Source of the DNA: a virus
Lineage: Duplodnaviria; Caudoviricetes
IMG/VR virus record: IMGVR_UViG_3300008093_000057
Span: 1 to 26,323 of that record
Reading direction: 5' to 3' (one strand)
Length of the DNA stretch: 26,323 nucleotides
Shown here: positions 1-9,678 of the stretch, one piece after another
Position numbering within the stretch: position 1 is the first letter of the stretch
Layout of the letters: every line of letters begins with the position of its first letter
The notes under the pieces: generated by a model
Databases searched by the model: none
What the model was told of the DNA's origin: nothing
What the model saw: only the letters and a program-made list of their open reading frames with translations
Program-made: the position numbers and the translations under genes

Positions 1-3000
1 AACTTGTTGCTGGGATTAGGATTAGAACCAAAAGAAATTAAACTTAGTATTTGCGCTGATTCTATTGATGTTAACGCCAAAATCAAATGTAACAGCGAAT
101 CAGTTCTACAGTCGTCTAAATTAAAGTCACAAGACGTTGAAAATGTATTATCTGGATTAAAAATTGGACACATGTACAATGATGCCGAACACATAAGAAC
201 TACAGACAGTCTGCCAGTATTATTTTCCATAAACATTTCATTATACGATGAGAATGGATTAGAGCCAATTAGCAATTCAGAACTTGATGAGGCTCATGAT
301 CTAATGGAAAATATCACAATTGGTAACAAATTGAAAATTAGACGTAAAAATCTGAATGAAAACAAGACATTTAAAAATATTGGAGAACTTGAAAAAGCTT
401 ATCACCCAATATATCTTAGGGCATTGGATGATCTAGAACTTTATGATGATGAAGAGCTTTCTAGCAGCGAACAGGATGAAGCAGATGATTTGGCTGACGA
501 AATGTTCTTAAAGAAATATGGAGTTAGTTATAGAGAGTTATTTATGACTCTTGATGAATCTGAAAATGGTGAACCAGATTTCAAGGTGGGATATTTCGAA
601 TCGAAAGAATTTGGTGGAATAACTGTAGAAGCTGGTGAATATGAAGCCAAATTCAATAATGAAGTTGTAGAACTTTGGAAAGGCGATGAAAAAATTGTTG
701 AGATGGGTCAGGATGAATTCAAAAATTCTGGTTATGTAGACAAAACAGAAGATTTGAATGAAACAGACAAACCACATTATAACAAATCCAACACATTAGA
801 CAGAGATGCAGCCCTACAATTATTCAGAAAAGGCAAGTCTGTAGTTGGAGTTTATAGCGACATGGATTCAGAATCCACTTTAACAGATGAATCAAAATTT
901 AAAGAGTTTGAAGTTTTTGCTCTAGATGAATCTAAAAAGAAAAAATTGAACGAATCAATAGAATTTATGAGTATTACTCTAGCAGATTTAGGTACTGAAG
1001 AATATGGTGGAGAAGATAACTTAGAAACAATTACCGACGTTTCTTCACTATTAAAAGAAGATCCAGATAAAATTGTATTCTTTAATAGTGAAGACAATTT
1101 TAAAGAATTAGAAATACTTGAAAAGAAACTAGATTTTAACAAACCATATAAGAAAATGGGAAACATTTTTTTATTCAAATACAACGGTATTGATATGGCA
1201 TTTGAGTATGCTGAGGGGGGTCTTTCTACATTTTTTGTCAAAGCATCAGATCGCAGCAAAGTTGAGAAATTAAATCTTAGCGAATCTAAGAAACTTAATG
1301 AATCAATGTCAGCAGAAGCTGCATTTAAATTAGCTGGTGAGAATTCTAGCTACGCTGGTAAATTGGAGTCTTTAATTACAGAACATTATGGTAAAGAATT
1401 AGAGGCTAAGTATGGCAGTACTGATTTTGCTGACATACATTCAGAAATAGATGATGATGAAGGTTTTAACAAATTCTACAAAAATTATATCAAAAAATTG
1501 GTGGCGGATAAAGTTGATCTTAGCGAATCTAAGAAAAGAAAATTGAACGAATCTAACGAACGAAGGGGTTATGTGGGTTATGATTATGACGTTAAAACTG
1601 GAAAGATTAAAAGAAACGGTGAACAAGGGGTTACTAGTGAATATGGTATTGGTTGGTATTTAGCTTTTATGCATGATAGCAATTTGAAAAAGACTTTGGA
1701 AGACAACAAAATTGTAAAATTCAAAGAATCTCCTATGGAATTTCCAGAAGATATTGAGGAAGAAATTAAAAATTATTTAAAAAAACAAGGCATTAATGAA
1801 TCAGCAATGAAAAAGACAAAAAATCTTTCAGAAGCTAAGGTTACTTTAAAAGATACTCCAGATGGGGATGTTGAAGTAAATTATACTAAAGAAGAGGATG
1901 GTTCACTAAGAATTACTTCGGCTGGAGTTGTTGATGATGTGCAACTTCCTGCAGATGAACTCGAAGATATTGGTTTGATGGATGAATACCTCGATCTGTT
2001 GCAGGCGCACTTAGATGCTAAGGGTAGCAATAATGATCTTGGGGAATCTAAGAGTGAAGGTAGTTCTATGGTTGTAGGTGAATCTTACATGATTAAAAAG
2101 GGGGATATGGAAGCTTATTGTGAATATAAAGGTCGTGCAGGAGACGGATTTGTTTTTGATAACTCTGGTCAAGAAATAATAGTTTCTCCAGATGAATTTG
2201 GAAAAGTTGTTTCAATGGATGAGTCTAAACACAGTTTTAAAAATTGCAATGAAGTTGAAGATGCTTACCATAAAATTATGGAAGATGTAGAAAGCAATAA
2301 ACCTGAATGGGGTTTTGAAGCTATTTCAGATGCTGCCCATGATGAATTTAAAAAGAAATATGGAATAGATTTTGATGATGCAGTTAATTTGTTTGAATCA
2401 AAAGAGGGCACACTTCAGCATGGTTCTTTAAAGGATGGTTCTTTGACTGTAGGTGGGCTTTACCTAATCAATAAAGGCAACATACACGACTATTACAAAT
2501 ATAAAGGTCTCATAGGAAAGGACTATGCTTTTGAAAAATCTGGTAAAGAAGTCATGGTTTCACCAGATGAATTTGAAAAAGTAGTTGCATTGTATGAAGG
2601 CAAAAGACTAGGAAAACGTAAGTTAAATGAAAGTAAGGATGCTTTGGTTACTATACAAAACAACTTGGATCCAGACTCAGACCTGTACAATTCTATGTCT
2701 ACTCACATAAAGGGCGGAAAAGCTGACAAAGATGATTTGAAAACTATATTAGATAGTCTAGACCCAGATTCTGACTTGCATAACGCTATGAAATCTAGCC
2801 TAAGCGAATCAGAGATCGTAGAACACACCACATCTGATAAGGATGAAGAGAATATTGAGGATGCTAAGAACATTGGTAAGAACAATATGGGACAAGATGT
2901 TGAAGGTTTAAATGAATCCGATAGCAAAATTGATAATAAACTTGTTGAAGATATGGTTAGTAACATCTGGGATGAAAGTCTTGTTAACGAGGCTTATTCA

Positions 3001-4188
3001 GAGTTAATTAAGGACGGTTCAGCTAAGGATGTAGAAGAAAAATCTAACCAGCTTATTAGTTACTTCACCAAATCTGCCGATAAAAAAACATTGAGCGATT
3101 GGTTTGGCTTATCAGAGGCTATAGAAGACATCATGCCTACCCAAGAAGAGAACATTAAACAATTTCAAGAAGATGCTGACGAGTTGATTAATGAAACTCT
3201 GGGGGGATTATCTGAATCCAGAAAGAATGTTGTTAAAGAAAGAAAGCCTAAAGTTGGTGATGATATAATTGCCTTTGGAAGCATTGCAACAGTTCTTAAT
3301 GAAAGCAAGAATGGTAAAGTGGTTCAGTGGAGAGATGGGAAAAGTTCTACATTAAAAGAATCAGATTTATTACCTCTACCAAAAAACAGGGTTAAAAGAA
3401 TCAAACTTAATGAAGTTAAAAGAAGGTTAAATTCTATCAAGAATGATGTGATCAGTAGAATGAATGAGAGTAAAACATTCGTTAAAGCTGATCAAATTAA
3501 GAACGTAGAAGACTTTAAAGGTAAGGTCAAAAAGTTGATTTCATCAGAGCTAAAGGGTTTGAATGAGAATAGACTTAAAGATGTAAAACTTGCTAAGTCA
3601 CTCAAAGAATCACTGAAAATTTCTAACAACAAAGGAGAATTAATCGACAGATCGGTTAACTTATCAGAATCTAAAGCTAAGAGTATTAGAAGGAATTCTA
3701 CCAAGCACATTTTTGTATTAGAAGAGAACTTAAAAACTTTAACAGAAAGTCACAATAAACTCGTTAAAAAATACAATGAGCAGAGTGCGGCTTTAGAATC
3801 TTTAAAACCAATGTTAGAGTCTATAAACAGAGTCGGTGGAATAGAAAGATTCCATGTAGAAGTTGAGAAGAAACTTCAAGACATGGGAGAAAGTATTAGT
3901 AAGATCAAACCTGTAACTGACAAAATCAAAAAGGAAGAGAACCTTAATGAAAACAAAATTTCTAAATATATTGACAAGTCAGTTAGAGCATTTTCATCAA
4001 ACAAACCTTACTTGCATTCTTTATCAGAAAGCCAAATAAAGCAGATTATGAATTCTGGCAGAGACACTGTTAATAGAATAGAAACTTTCTTAGGTGAATC
4101 CAAAAATGAGAAGATAACATTTAACAGGTTATATGAAGCTGTTGAAGCTGTTGATAATGTGCTCTCATCTATGATGCTCATAGACTAA
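1..4188 (+). CDS. Prohead core/scaffold-like polyprotein, 5'-truncated (frame open at window start)
   Basis: Acidic ORF of >=1394 aa directly upstream of the major capsid gene. About two dozen [LIM]-x-E-S motifs resembling T4 gp21 cleavage sites. Coiled-coil-like C-terminus. Confidence 0.7.
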   Translation, partial: NLLLGLGLEPKEIKLSICADSIDVNAKIKCNSESVLQSSKLKSQDVENVLSGLKIGHMYNDAEHIRTTDSLPVLFSINISLYDENGLEPISNSELDEAHDLMENITIGNKLKIRRKNLNENKTFKNIGELEKAYHPIYLRALDDLELYDDEELSSSEQDEADDLADEMFLKKYGVSYRELFMTLDESENGEPDFKVGYFESKEFGGITVEAGEYEAKFNNEVVELWKGDEKIVEMGQDEFKNSGYVDKTEDLNETDKPHYNKSNTLDRDAALQLFRKGKSVVGVYSDMDSESTLTDESKFKEFEVFALDESKKKKLNESIEFMSITLADLGTEEYGGEDNLETITDVSSLLKEDPDKIVFFNSEDNFKELEILEKKLDFNKPYKKMGNIFLFKYNGIDMAFEYAEGGLSTFFVKASDRSKVEKLNLSESKKLNESMSAEAAFKLAGENSSYAGKLESLITEHYGKELEAKYGSTDFADIHSEIDDDEGFNKFYKNYIKKLVADKVDLSESKKRKLNESNERRGYVGYDYDVKTGKIKRNGEQGVTSEYGIGWYLAFMHDSNLKKTLEDNKIVKFKESPMEFPEDIEEEIKNYLKKQGINESAMKKTKNLSEAKVTLKDTPDGDVEVNYTKEEDGSLRITSAGVVDDVQLPADELEDIGLMDEYLDLLQAHLDAKGSNNDLGESKSEGSSMVVGESYMIKKGDMEAYCEYKGRAGDGFVFDNSGQEIIVSPDEFGKVVSMDESKHSFKNCNEVEDAYHKIMEDVESNKPEWGFEAISDAAHDEFKKKYGIDFDDAVNLFESKEGTLQHGSLKDGSLTVGGLYLINKGNIHDYYKYKGLIGKDYAFEKSGKEVMVSPDEFEKVVALYEGKRLGKRKLNESKDALVTIQNNLDPDSDLYNSMSTHIKGGKADKDDLKTILDSLDPDSDLHNAMKSSLSESEIVEHTTSDKDEENIEDAKNIGKNNMGQDVEGLNESDSKIDNKLVEDMVSNIWDESLVNEAYSELIKDGSAKDVEEKSNQLISYFTKSADKKTLSDWFGLSEAIEDIMPTQEENIKQFQEDADELINETLGGLSESRKNVVKERKPKVGDDIIAFGSIATVLNESKNGKVVQWRDGKSSTLKESDLLPLPKNRVKRIKLNEVKRRLNSIKNDVISRMNESKTFVKADQIKNVEDFKGKVKKLISSELKGLNENRLKDVKLAKSLKESLKISNNKGELIDRSVNLSESKAKSIRRNSTKHIFVLEENLKTLTESHNKLVKKYNEQSAALESLKPMLESINRVGGIERFHVEVEKKLQDMGESISKIKPVTDKIKKEENLNENKISKYIDKSVRAFSSNKPYLHSLSESQIKQIMNSGRDTVNRIETFLGESKNEKITFNRLYEAVEAVDNVLSSMMLID

Positions 4189-4236
4189 AATGGTATATTT
4201 CTACTAAAAAATAGATAAGGTATAAAAATTAAAAAG

Positions 4237-5892
4237 ATGAATTTAAAAAATAAAATGGTTAAGCAAAGAATCTTTGAGGCTTGGAGTCCAAAGATCAAAG
4301 CTCATTTAGCTTCAAAAGGCATCAAAGATGTCTCTGAGTCTAAATTAAGAAGAATTTGCGAGGCTGCTCAAGTAAGAAAATTATTTGAATCAGCAACGCA
4401 AGCTAATACTCCTGGTAGAGGTGCTTTTAGTTTTGGGAACAACCCATCTAATCCATCTGATACTGCTAGAGGTAGTGGAGAACAATTTGATAGTTTATTT
4501 GGTGTGTTTATCGACAGTATGGCTAATACAGTGGGCTTTGATTTAGTTCCCACCTTACAGTCTACTAAGAGTAACATGCTTGTAAACATTCTAGAACCAG
4601 TATACGCTGATGGAAAATTAGATTCTACTGCTTCTGCTGACATGCCAGAATTGTTCCAAGTTAAATTAGACGTTACTGGTACAGTAGCAGATCTGGAAGT
4701 TGGAACTAGTTATGATGTATTAGATGCCAACGTTGGAAACACTCTATTAGAGTTAATATACGTCGGTAAAGACCGTAAAGCTGGAGATGCAATCTTTAGA
4801 CTTGGGGCAGTTACAGGTGCAGGTGCTCTTGCTACTTTATTAGACACTCCTGTTAGTGGAGCAGGTATTTATACTGATGCTACTAACTTTGTAGGGTTTG
4901 TTGCTTCTAGTATTAATTACGTTAATGCTTACACTAACTTTGTTTCTGGTTACGCTGGTTCAGGTGCAACAGACAATGAAGCTTGGGGAGTTAATAGATC
5001 TAAAGGTGAAAAGGTAGCTTCTCCTATGAACAGAGCTACAGGTGAATCAGCTAGATACAGAAGTATGGGTCTTCACAAATGGAGCGAAAACTTCTCTGCT
5101 GAAACTTTCCACGTTAAGATTGGTTATACAATTGAGATGTTGCAAGATTTAGCTATGGAAGAGGGTGTAGACGCACAACAAGTAGCATATGACACAATTG
5201 CTAATGAGTTAGATCAAAACATCAACAATGAGATTGTTGATACTCATTACGCTATCGGTTGGGGTCATCACTACAATGTTAGTCAGGTCGCTGGAGTAAA
5301 CTTAAATTTACATATTAGCGCAACTGCTCAAAGTGGTGCAACTACTTTCGTAGATGACAAGAGTGTTACAAGATCAATTCCTGCTGCTACAGGTGCTTTA
5401 GTTTCTACCACTAACGGTGATAACTTGCCATCTATGCAGAGAAGAATTATAAGTAGAGCTACTTACGGTTCTGGTGTTGTAGGTCACAGATGTAGAAAAG
5501 GAAAAGCCAATGTTGCAATTACTAACACTAGAATTTCTTCTGCACTTCAAGATACAAGATCTTTCCAAGCAGCTCCGTTTGAAAACAACTTAGCTGAGAA
5601 CGAAAACTTGTACGAGGTAGGTTCATTCAGAAAAATTAATCTATTTGAAGATCCAATGATGGGTCTAGAGGATAATAGAATTAGTTTAGGAAGAAAAGGA
5701 ACTGAATCTGATCCTGGGTTGAAAATGATCAATTACATTTTAGCTGAAAAGGTTGATACTATCGCCGAAGGTTTAATGTCTAACGTTTCAGTATTGAAAT
5801 CTAGAATGAAACTTGCCGCAATTGGTACTAATCCAGAATTTAACTATCTTACCTTTACTGTTACAGAAGCTGCTGGACAGTCAATTATCTAA
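4237..5892 (+). CDS. Major capsid protein, T4 gp23-like
   Basis: N-terminal 'IFEAWSPKI...LFES' propeptide. gp23-like motifs 'VGFDLVPT', 'YTIEMLQDL...GVDA...NELDQNINNEI', 'RKGKANVAIT' and 'LKSR'. Followed by a strong terminator. Confidence 0.9.
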   Translation: MNLKNKMVKQRIFEAWSPKIKAHLASKGIKDVSESKLRRICEAAQVRKLFESATQANTPGRGAFSFGNNPSNPSDTARGSGEQFDSLFGVFIDSMANTVGFDLVPTLQSTKSNMLVNILEPVYADGKLDSTASADMPELFQVKLDVTGTVADLEVGTSYDVLDANVGNTLLELIYVGKDRKAGDAIFRLGAVTGAGALATLLDTPVSGAGIYTDATNFVGFVASSINYVNAYTNFVSGYAGSGATDNEAWGVNRSKGEKVASPMNRATGESARYRSMGLHKWSENFSAETFHVKIGYTIEMLQDLAMEEGVDAQQVAYDTIANELDQNINNEIVDTHYAIGWGHHYNVSQVAGVNLNLHISATAQSGATTFVDDKSVTRSIPAATGALVSTTNGDNLPSMQRRIISRATYGSGVVGHRCRKGKANVAITNTRISSALQDTRSFQAAPFENNLAENENLYEVGSFRKINLFEDPMMGLEDNRISLGRKGTESDPGLKMINYILAEKVDTIAEGLMSNVSVLKSRMKLAAIGTNPEFNYLTFTVTEAAGQSII

Positions 5893-5920
5893 TAGGTAGT
5901 TTGATTTTATTATATAGATT

Positions 5921-5950
5921 AAAAGGAGGCAAATTTGCCTCCTTTTTTAT
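5921..5950 (+). terminator. Intrinsic terminator after the capsid gene (possibly bidirectional)
   Basis: AAAAGGAGGCAAA/TTTGCCTCCTTTT perfect inverted repeat followed by a T tract. Confidence 0.9.
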
Positions 5951-6005
5951 GTTTGTTCTTTAAGAAACGTCTGTTCAATTACATAATTTTTTCAATATAT
6001 ATAAT

Positions 6006-7448
6006 ATGAACGACAAATTTAAAGCATTTCTAGAAAAGGCTAAGAAAATTCATGGCAACGAATATAACTACTCTAGGGTTAATTACGTTAATAATAAAAC
6101 CAAAGTAGAAATAGTTTGTAAGCAACATGGATCATTTATGCAATCACCTTTAATGCACGTTCATAAAAGGAAGGCTGGTTGTCCACACTGTAATGATAAA
6201 CACTTGTTACCTTACACTAGGAAAGACTTTGTTAAAAAAGCTATAGCTGTGCACGGCAATAAGTATGACTATTCTGCACTGAATTATAAAAACTCTAAGA
6301 CCAACGTCACCATAATTTGCAAGCAACACGGTCAGTTCAAACAGCTTCCAACCAACCATACTAACAAAGGCATGGGCTGCCCCACCTGTGGTAGAAGGAG
6401 GAGTGAAAATAAGCATAGAAAGAGTAACTTAGAGTATATTAAGAAGGCTAAGAGTATGTTTGGTGACAAATTTAGTTATGAAAAGTGTAACTATACTGGA
6501 TATAAGAATGAAGTCACCATAAACTGCAAAGAACATGGTTATTTCACCGTTGTGGCAGAGTACCATGTAGCTATTAATGGTGGTGGTAGTTGTCCAACTT
6601 GCACCATGGCTAATGTCACGTCTATGGGAGAGTTAGAACTAGGTAAATTCATAAGCAGCAATTACAATGGTAAAATTCGGTTCAATGATAGAGAGATCTT
6701 AGATGGATTAGAATTGGACTTGTACTTACCAGAATTAAAACTAGCTATAGAATACAATGGCTTATATTGGCATTCTGTAGATAAAGTTGGAAAGAAGTAT
6801 CATTATAACAAGTACTTGAAGTGTAAAGAAAAGGGTGTAAGACTCATAACCATTTGGGAAAGCGAATGGATTAGAGAAAGGCAAAAGTGTGAAGATTACT
6901 TATTAAACTTAGTATCAGACAATAAAAGCGTGTATTATGCGAGAAAACTAGAGTTGCATGAACCTAGCATAAATGAAGAAAGAGAATTTATCAATTATAA
7001 CCACTTCCAAGGTTACGTTCCCTCTACCAAAGCATTGTGTTTAAAAGACGGTGAGGAAATAATTATGATCATGACGTTTACCAAAAATAAAGATCATTAT
7101 GAGATAGGCAGATTGTGTACTAAGCGAGGGAGTCTAGTGGTCGGCGGCTCTAAAAAATTATTTAAACAATTGGTTGATCTGATTGGTTGCATTAAAGTTA
7201 TAAGCTATAACAACGTAGAAAAATTTACTGGGAAAGTATACTTAGATTTAGGCATGAAGTTGCACGGTCATAGTATAGGTTACTTTTATGGAAAGAAACA
7301 TGAAACGTATAGTAGGCAAAAATTTCAGAAAAAGAAATTAGTTGCTAATGGATATGATCCAAGTAAAACAGAGCGACAAATAATGCAAGAGAGGGGTTAC
7401 AGTAGGATTTACCCAGCTGGAAATGAAAAATACTTGATAGAATTATAG
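6006..7448 (+). CDS. Hef-like putative homing endonuclease: three Zn-binding repeats, PD-(D/E)xK/Vsr-like nuclease, C-terminal GNAT-like domain
   Basis: Three 'YxYS..Y.....V.I.CKxHG.F......H.....GCPxC' repeats. 'ELDLYLPELKLAIEYNGLYWH' nuclease motif. C-terminal 'NHFQG..EIGRLC..VVGGSKKLF'. Confidence 0.75.
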   Translation: MNDKFKAFLEKAKKIHGNEYNYSRVNYVNNKTKVEIVCKQHGSFMQSPLMHVHKRKAGCPHCNDKHLLPYTRKDFVKKAIAVHGNKYDYSALNYKNSKTNVTIICKQHGQFKQLPTNHTNKGMGCPTCGRRRSENKHRKSNLEYIKKAKSMFGDKFSYEKCNYTGYKNEVTINCKEHGYFTVVAEYHVAINGGGSCPTCTMANVTSMGELELGKFISSNYNGKIRFNDREILDGLELDLYLPELKLAIEYNGLYWHSVDKVGKKYHYNKYLKCKEKGVRLITIWESEWIRERQKCEDYLLNLVSDNKSVYYARKLELHEPSINEEREFINYNHFQGYVPSTKALCLKDGEEIIMIMTFTKNKDHYEIGRLCTKRGSLVVGGSKKLFKQLVDLIGCIKVISYNNVEKFTGKVYLDLGMKLHGHSIGYFYGKKHETYSRQKFQKKKLVANGYDPSKTERQIMQERGYSRIYPAGNEKYLIEL

Positions 7449-7568
7449 TGGTGTAGCGAGCATGAATACTAATAACCTGATTGGTTTATCTGTTATTGTG
7501 ATAAATAAAGTAATTTTTAAAATGGTTAATTAGTTAGTTGGTTAGTTAAGTTAAGTTAATTTTTGGGA

Positions 7569-7597
7569 TGATGAGGGAACGATGAGTTCCCTCATCA
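7569..7597. repeat. Perfect 12-bp inverted repeat (TGATGAGGGAAC-N5-GTTCCCTCATCA)
   Basis: Read directly from the sequence. Confidence 0.95.
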
Positions 7598-7605
7598 ATG
7601 TATAA

Positions 7606-7636
7606 GTATTGTGGGAACTAATAGTTCCCACAATAC
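7606..7636. repeat. Perfect 15-bp inverted repeat (GTATTGTGGGAACTA-A-TAGTTCCCACAATAC)
   Basis: Read directly from the sequence. Shares the GGGAAC-N5-GTTCCC core with the preceding palindrome. Confidence 0.95.
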
Positions 7637-7682
7637 GAACAAAACACCAAAAACAGGTAATAGAATAGTAACCTGAAAAACA

Positions 7683-7922
7683 CTACTCTTTAACTTCTGA
7701 AATTTTAACAACTACACCATCACCTTGAGCAGTAACTAAATAAGACATTATTTCTATGTTTTTGCCACTAGATAAAGCCTTTGAGTCTAAAACTAACTTA
7801 GTAGTATTAAGCTTTAGTTCTATCTCGTCAGGTTGATTTCCATAGGTTTCGAGACCAGATTTGCCCAACTTGGAAAATTCTTTACTCAATTCGATAAACA
7901 GTACAACTTTAAATTTAAACAT
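7683..7922 (-). CDS. Hypothetical protein (~79 aa; likely start MFKFKV)
   Basis: ORF downstream of nrdA. The ATG at 7922 follows an A/T-rich leader; the track's longer start overlaps nrdA. Confidence 0.6.
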   Translation of the reverse strand: MFKFKVVLFIELSKEFSKLGKSGLETYGNQPDEIELKLNTTKLVLDSKALSSGKNIEIMSYLVTAQGDGVVVKISEVKE

Positions 7923-7962
7923 AATTAATTTTTTAAAAAATTGATAATGATAATTCTGGTTT

Positions 7963-9663
7963 CTAGCCATCGCAAGAAATACAAGAATTACTTTCTAACT
8001 TCCTTACCTTATCAGCCGATAGTGGACTGTCACTTTTTAAATAATACATTGATTTAATACCGAGTTTCCAAGCTTCCAAGTGAACGTTAAACAAGTATTT
8101 TGGTGTGGCATTGTTAGGAAAGAAAGTGTTTAAACTCATGCCTTGATCAATATAGTTTTGTCGTGCAGCAGCCTGTTTAACAAGTTCTAACTGATCAATT
8201 TCCATAGCAGTTAAAAAATTTTCCTTTTCTTCATTAGATAAAAAATCAAGGTTTTGAACGCTGCCATTGTCATCCATTATCTTTCTCCAGATCTCATGAT
8301 TGTCCATACCCTTTTCTACAAGCAATTTTTCAAAGTACTTGTTTTTTCTAAACATAAGTCCTTTAGCAGTATATTCACTCCATATAACAGCAGGATACGG
8401 TTCATGATTTGCTGAAAACCCACCATGTAATATGCTATTAGAAACCGTTGGTGCTATGGCTGTTCTATGAGTGTGTCTAACGCCATGACCTTTACACCAT
8501 TCAGGTTCGCCAAATTTTACAGCTAATTCCTGACTAGCTTCAAGAGTCAAATCTTGTATTCTTTTAAATATGATTTTAGTCCAGCCAGTAGATGCTGGGG
8601 AAATGAACGGCAAGTCTTTTTGTAATAAAAATGAATGCCATCCTAATACTCCTAATCCTAAAGCCCTACTTTTTTCTGCAAATCTCACAGAATTTTCAAA
8701 ACCTTTAATCTTGGATGCTTTATCTATGAATTCACTCATTAATCCTTCTAAAAAGTAAATCGCTAACTTTATATGCCTGTCAGTTATTTTGTCATAATTG
8801 GCTAAATTTAAACTACTCAAACAACATACAAAACTATGATCAACGTCACTATGCAGCATTATTTCGGTGCATATATTAGTTTGCCGAACCTTCAAGTTAT
8901 GCTCAGCATACATTGGAGGATTAGCTTTATTGGCGTTACCTTCATATAATAAAAAAGATTCTCCTGTTTCTAGCCTAGTCTTTAGTATATCCAAATATTG
9001 TTTGGTTTCTTCTGGTTTTTTAACAGCAACCTTTTCCATAAATTCATCAGGAATGACAGCAGTATGATGCATTTTTTGCATCTGTAAAGAAACGTCACCT
9101 TCTGGTCTTCTCATATTTAAGAAGGTTTTGAAAAAATCTGGGTGTCTAACGTTCAAACTAGAAGAAGAAGCGGCTTTTCTAACTTTGCCCTGCTTCATGT
9201 TTACTATTACAGTATCAGCCATCTTAATAAATGGTCTAACTCCATCGCTAGTTCCAATATCAGATATAGGAGATCCAGCACCCCTAATATCACTATGATC
9301 CATTCCTACTCCACCACCCATCTTGCTCATCATTATAAGCTCATGCAATTTCATGCCTATATCACTAGTGTCATCAGCAACGTGTATTCCAAAACAAGAT
9401 ATTGGCAATCCTCTCTTAGTTCCTGAATTGGATAGCACTGGGCTTGACAAACATAAAATGTTATCCCATATCATTTGGAAAAATTCATCAGCAAGCTCTG
9501 GCATGCCTAAATATTTGGCAGAACTTTTACTAACCCTTTTATAAGCATCAATTGGTTTTTCTCCTTCCATGAGATAGTCTGGAATCATTGTAAAAAAATC
9601 AGTGTTGTTAGCCCATTCAGGAAAGTCTATTCCGACTTTCCAACTTTTCATATTACCTGTCAT
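7963..9663 (-). CDS. nrdA: Ribonucleotide reductase class I alpha subunit, short form without ATP cone
   Basis: 'SSPVLSNSG..GLPISCF', 'GGGVG', 'TNICTEI', 'VCCLSSLN', 'RALGLGVLG', 'AIAPTVSNS', 'YIDQGMSLN', 'KSMYY' and C-terminal CxxC (CISCDG). Confidence 0.97.
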   Translation of the reverse strand: MTGNMKSWKVGIDFPEWANNTDFFTMIPDYLMEGEKPIDAYKRVSKSSAKYLGMPELADEFFQMIWDNILCLSSPVLSNSGTKRGLPISCFGIHVADDTSDIGMKLHELIMMSKMGGGVGMDHSDIRGAGSPISDIGTSDGVRPFIKMADTVIVNMKQGKVRKAASSSSLNVRHPDFFKTFLNMRRPEGDVSLQMQKMHHTAVIPDEFMEKVAVKKPEETKQYLDILKTRLETGESFLLYEGNANKANPPMYAEHNLKVRQTNICTEIMLHSDVDHSFVCCLSSLNLANYDKITDRHIKLAIYFLEGLMSEFIDKASKIKGFENSVRFAEKSRALGLGVLGWHSFLLQKDLPFISPASTGWTKIIFKRIQDLTLEASQELAVKFGEPEWCKGHGVRHTHRTAIAPTVSNSILHGGFSANHEPYPAVIWSEYTAKGLMFRKNKYFEKLLVEKGMDNHEIWRKIMDDNGSVQNLDFLSNEEKENFLTAMEIDQLELVKQAAARQNYIDQGMSLNTFFPNNATPKYLFNVHLEAWKLGIKSMYYLKSDSPLSADKVRKLESNSCISCDG

Positions 9664-9678
9664 ATTTTAACTTTATTT

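Noticed and set aside
7449-7682. tRNA or group I intron in the intergenic gaps or in nrdA/nrdB
   Set aside because: No cloverleaf or T-loop consensus was seen, and both RNR genes are uninterrupted.
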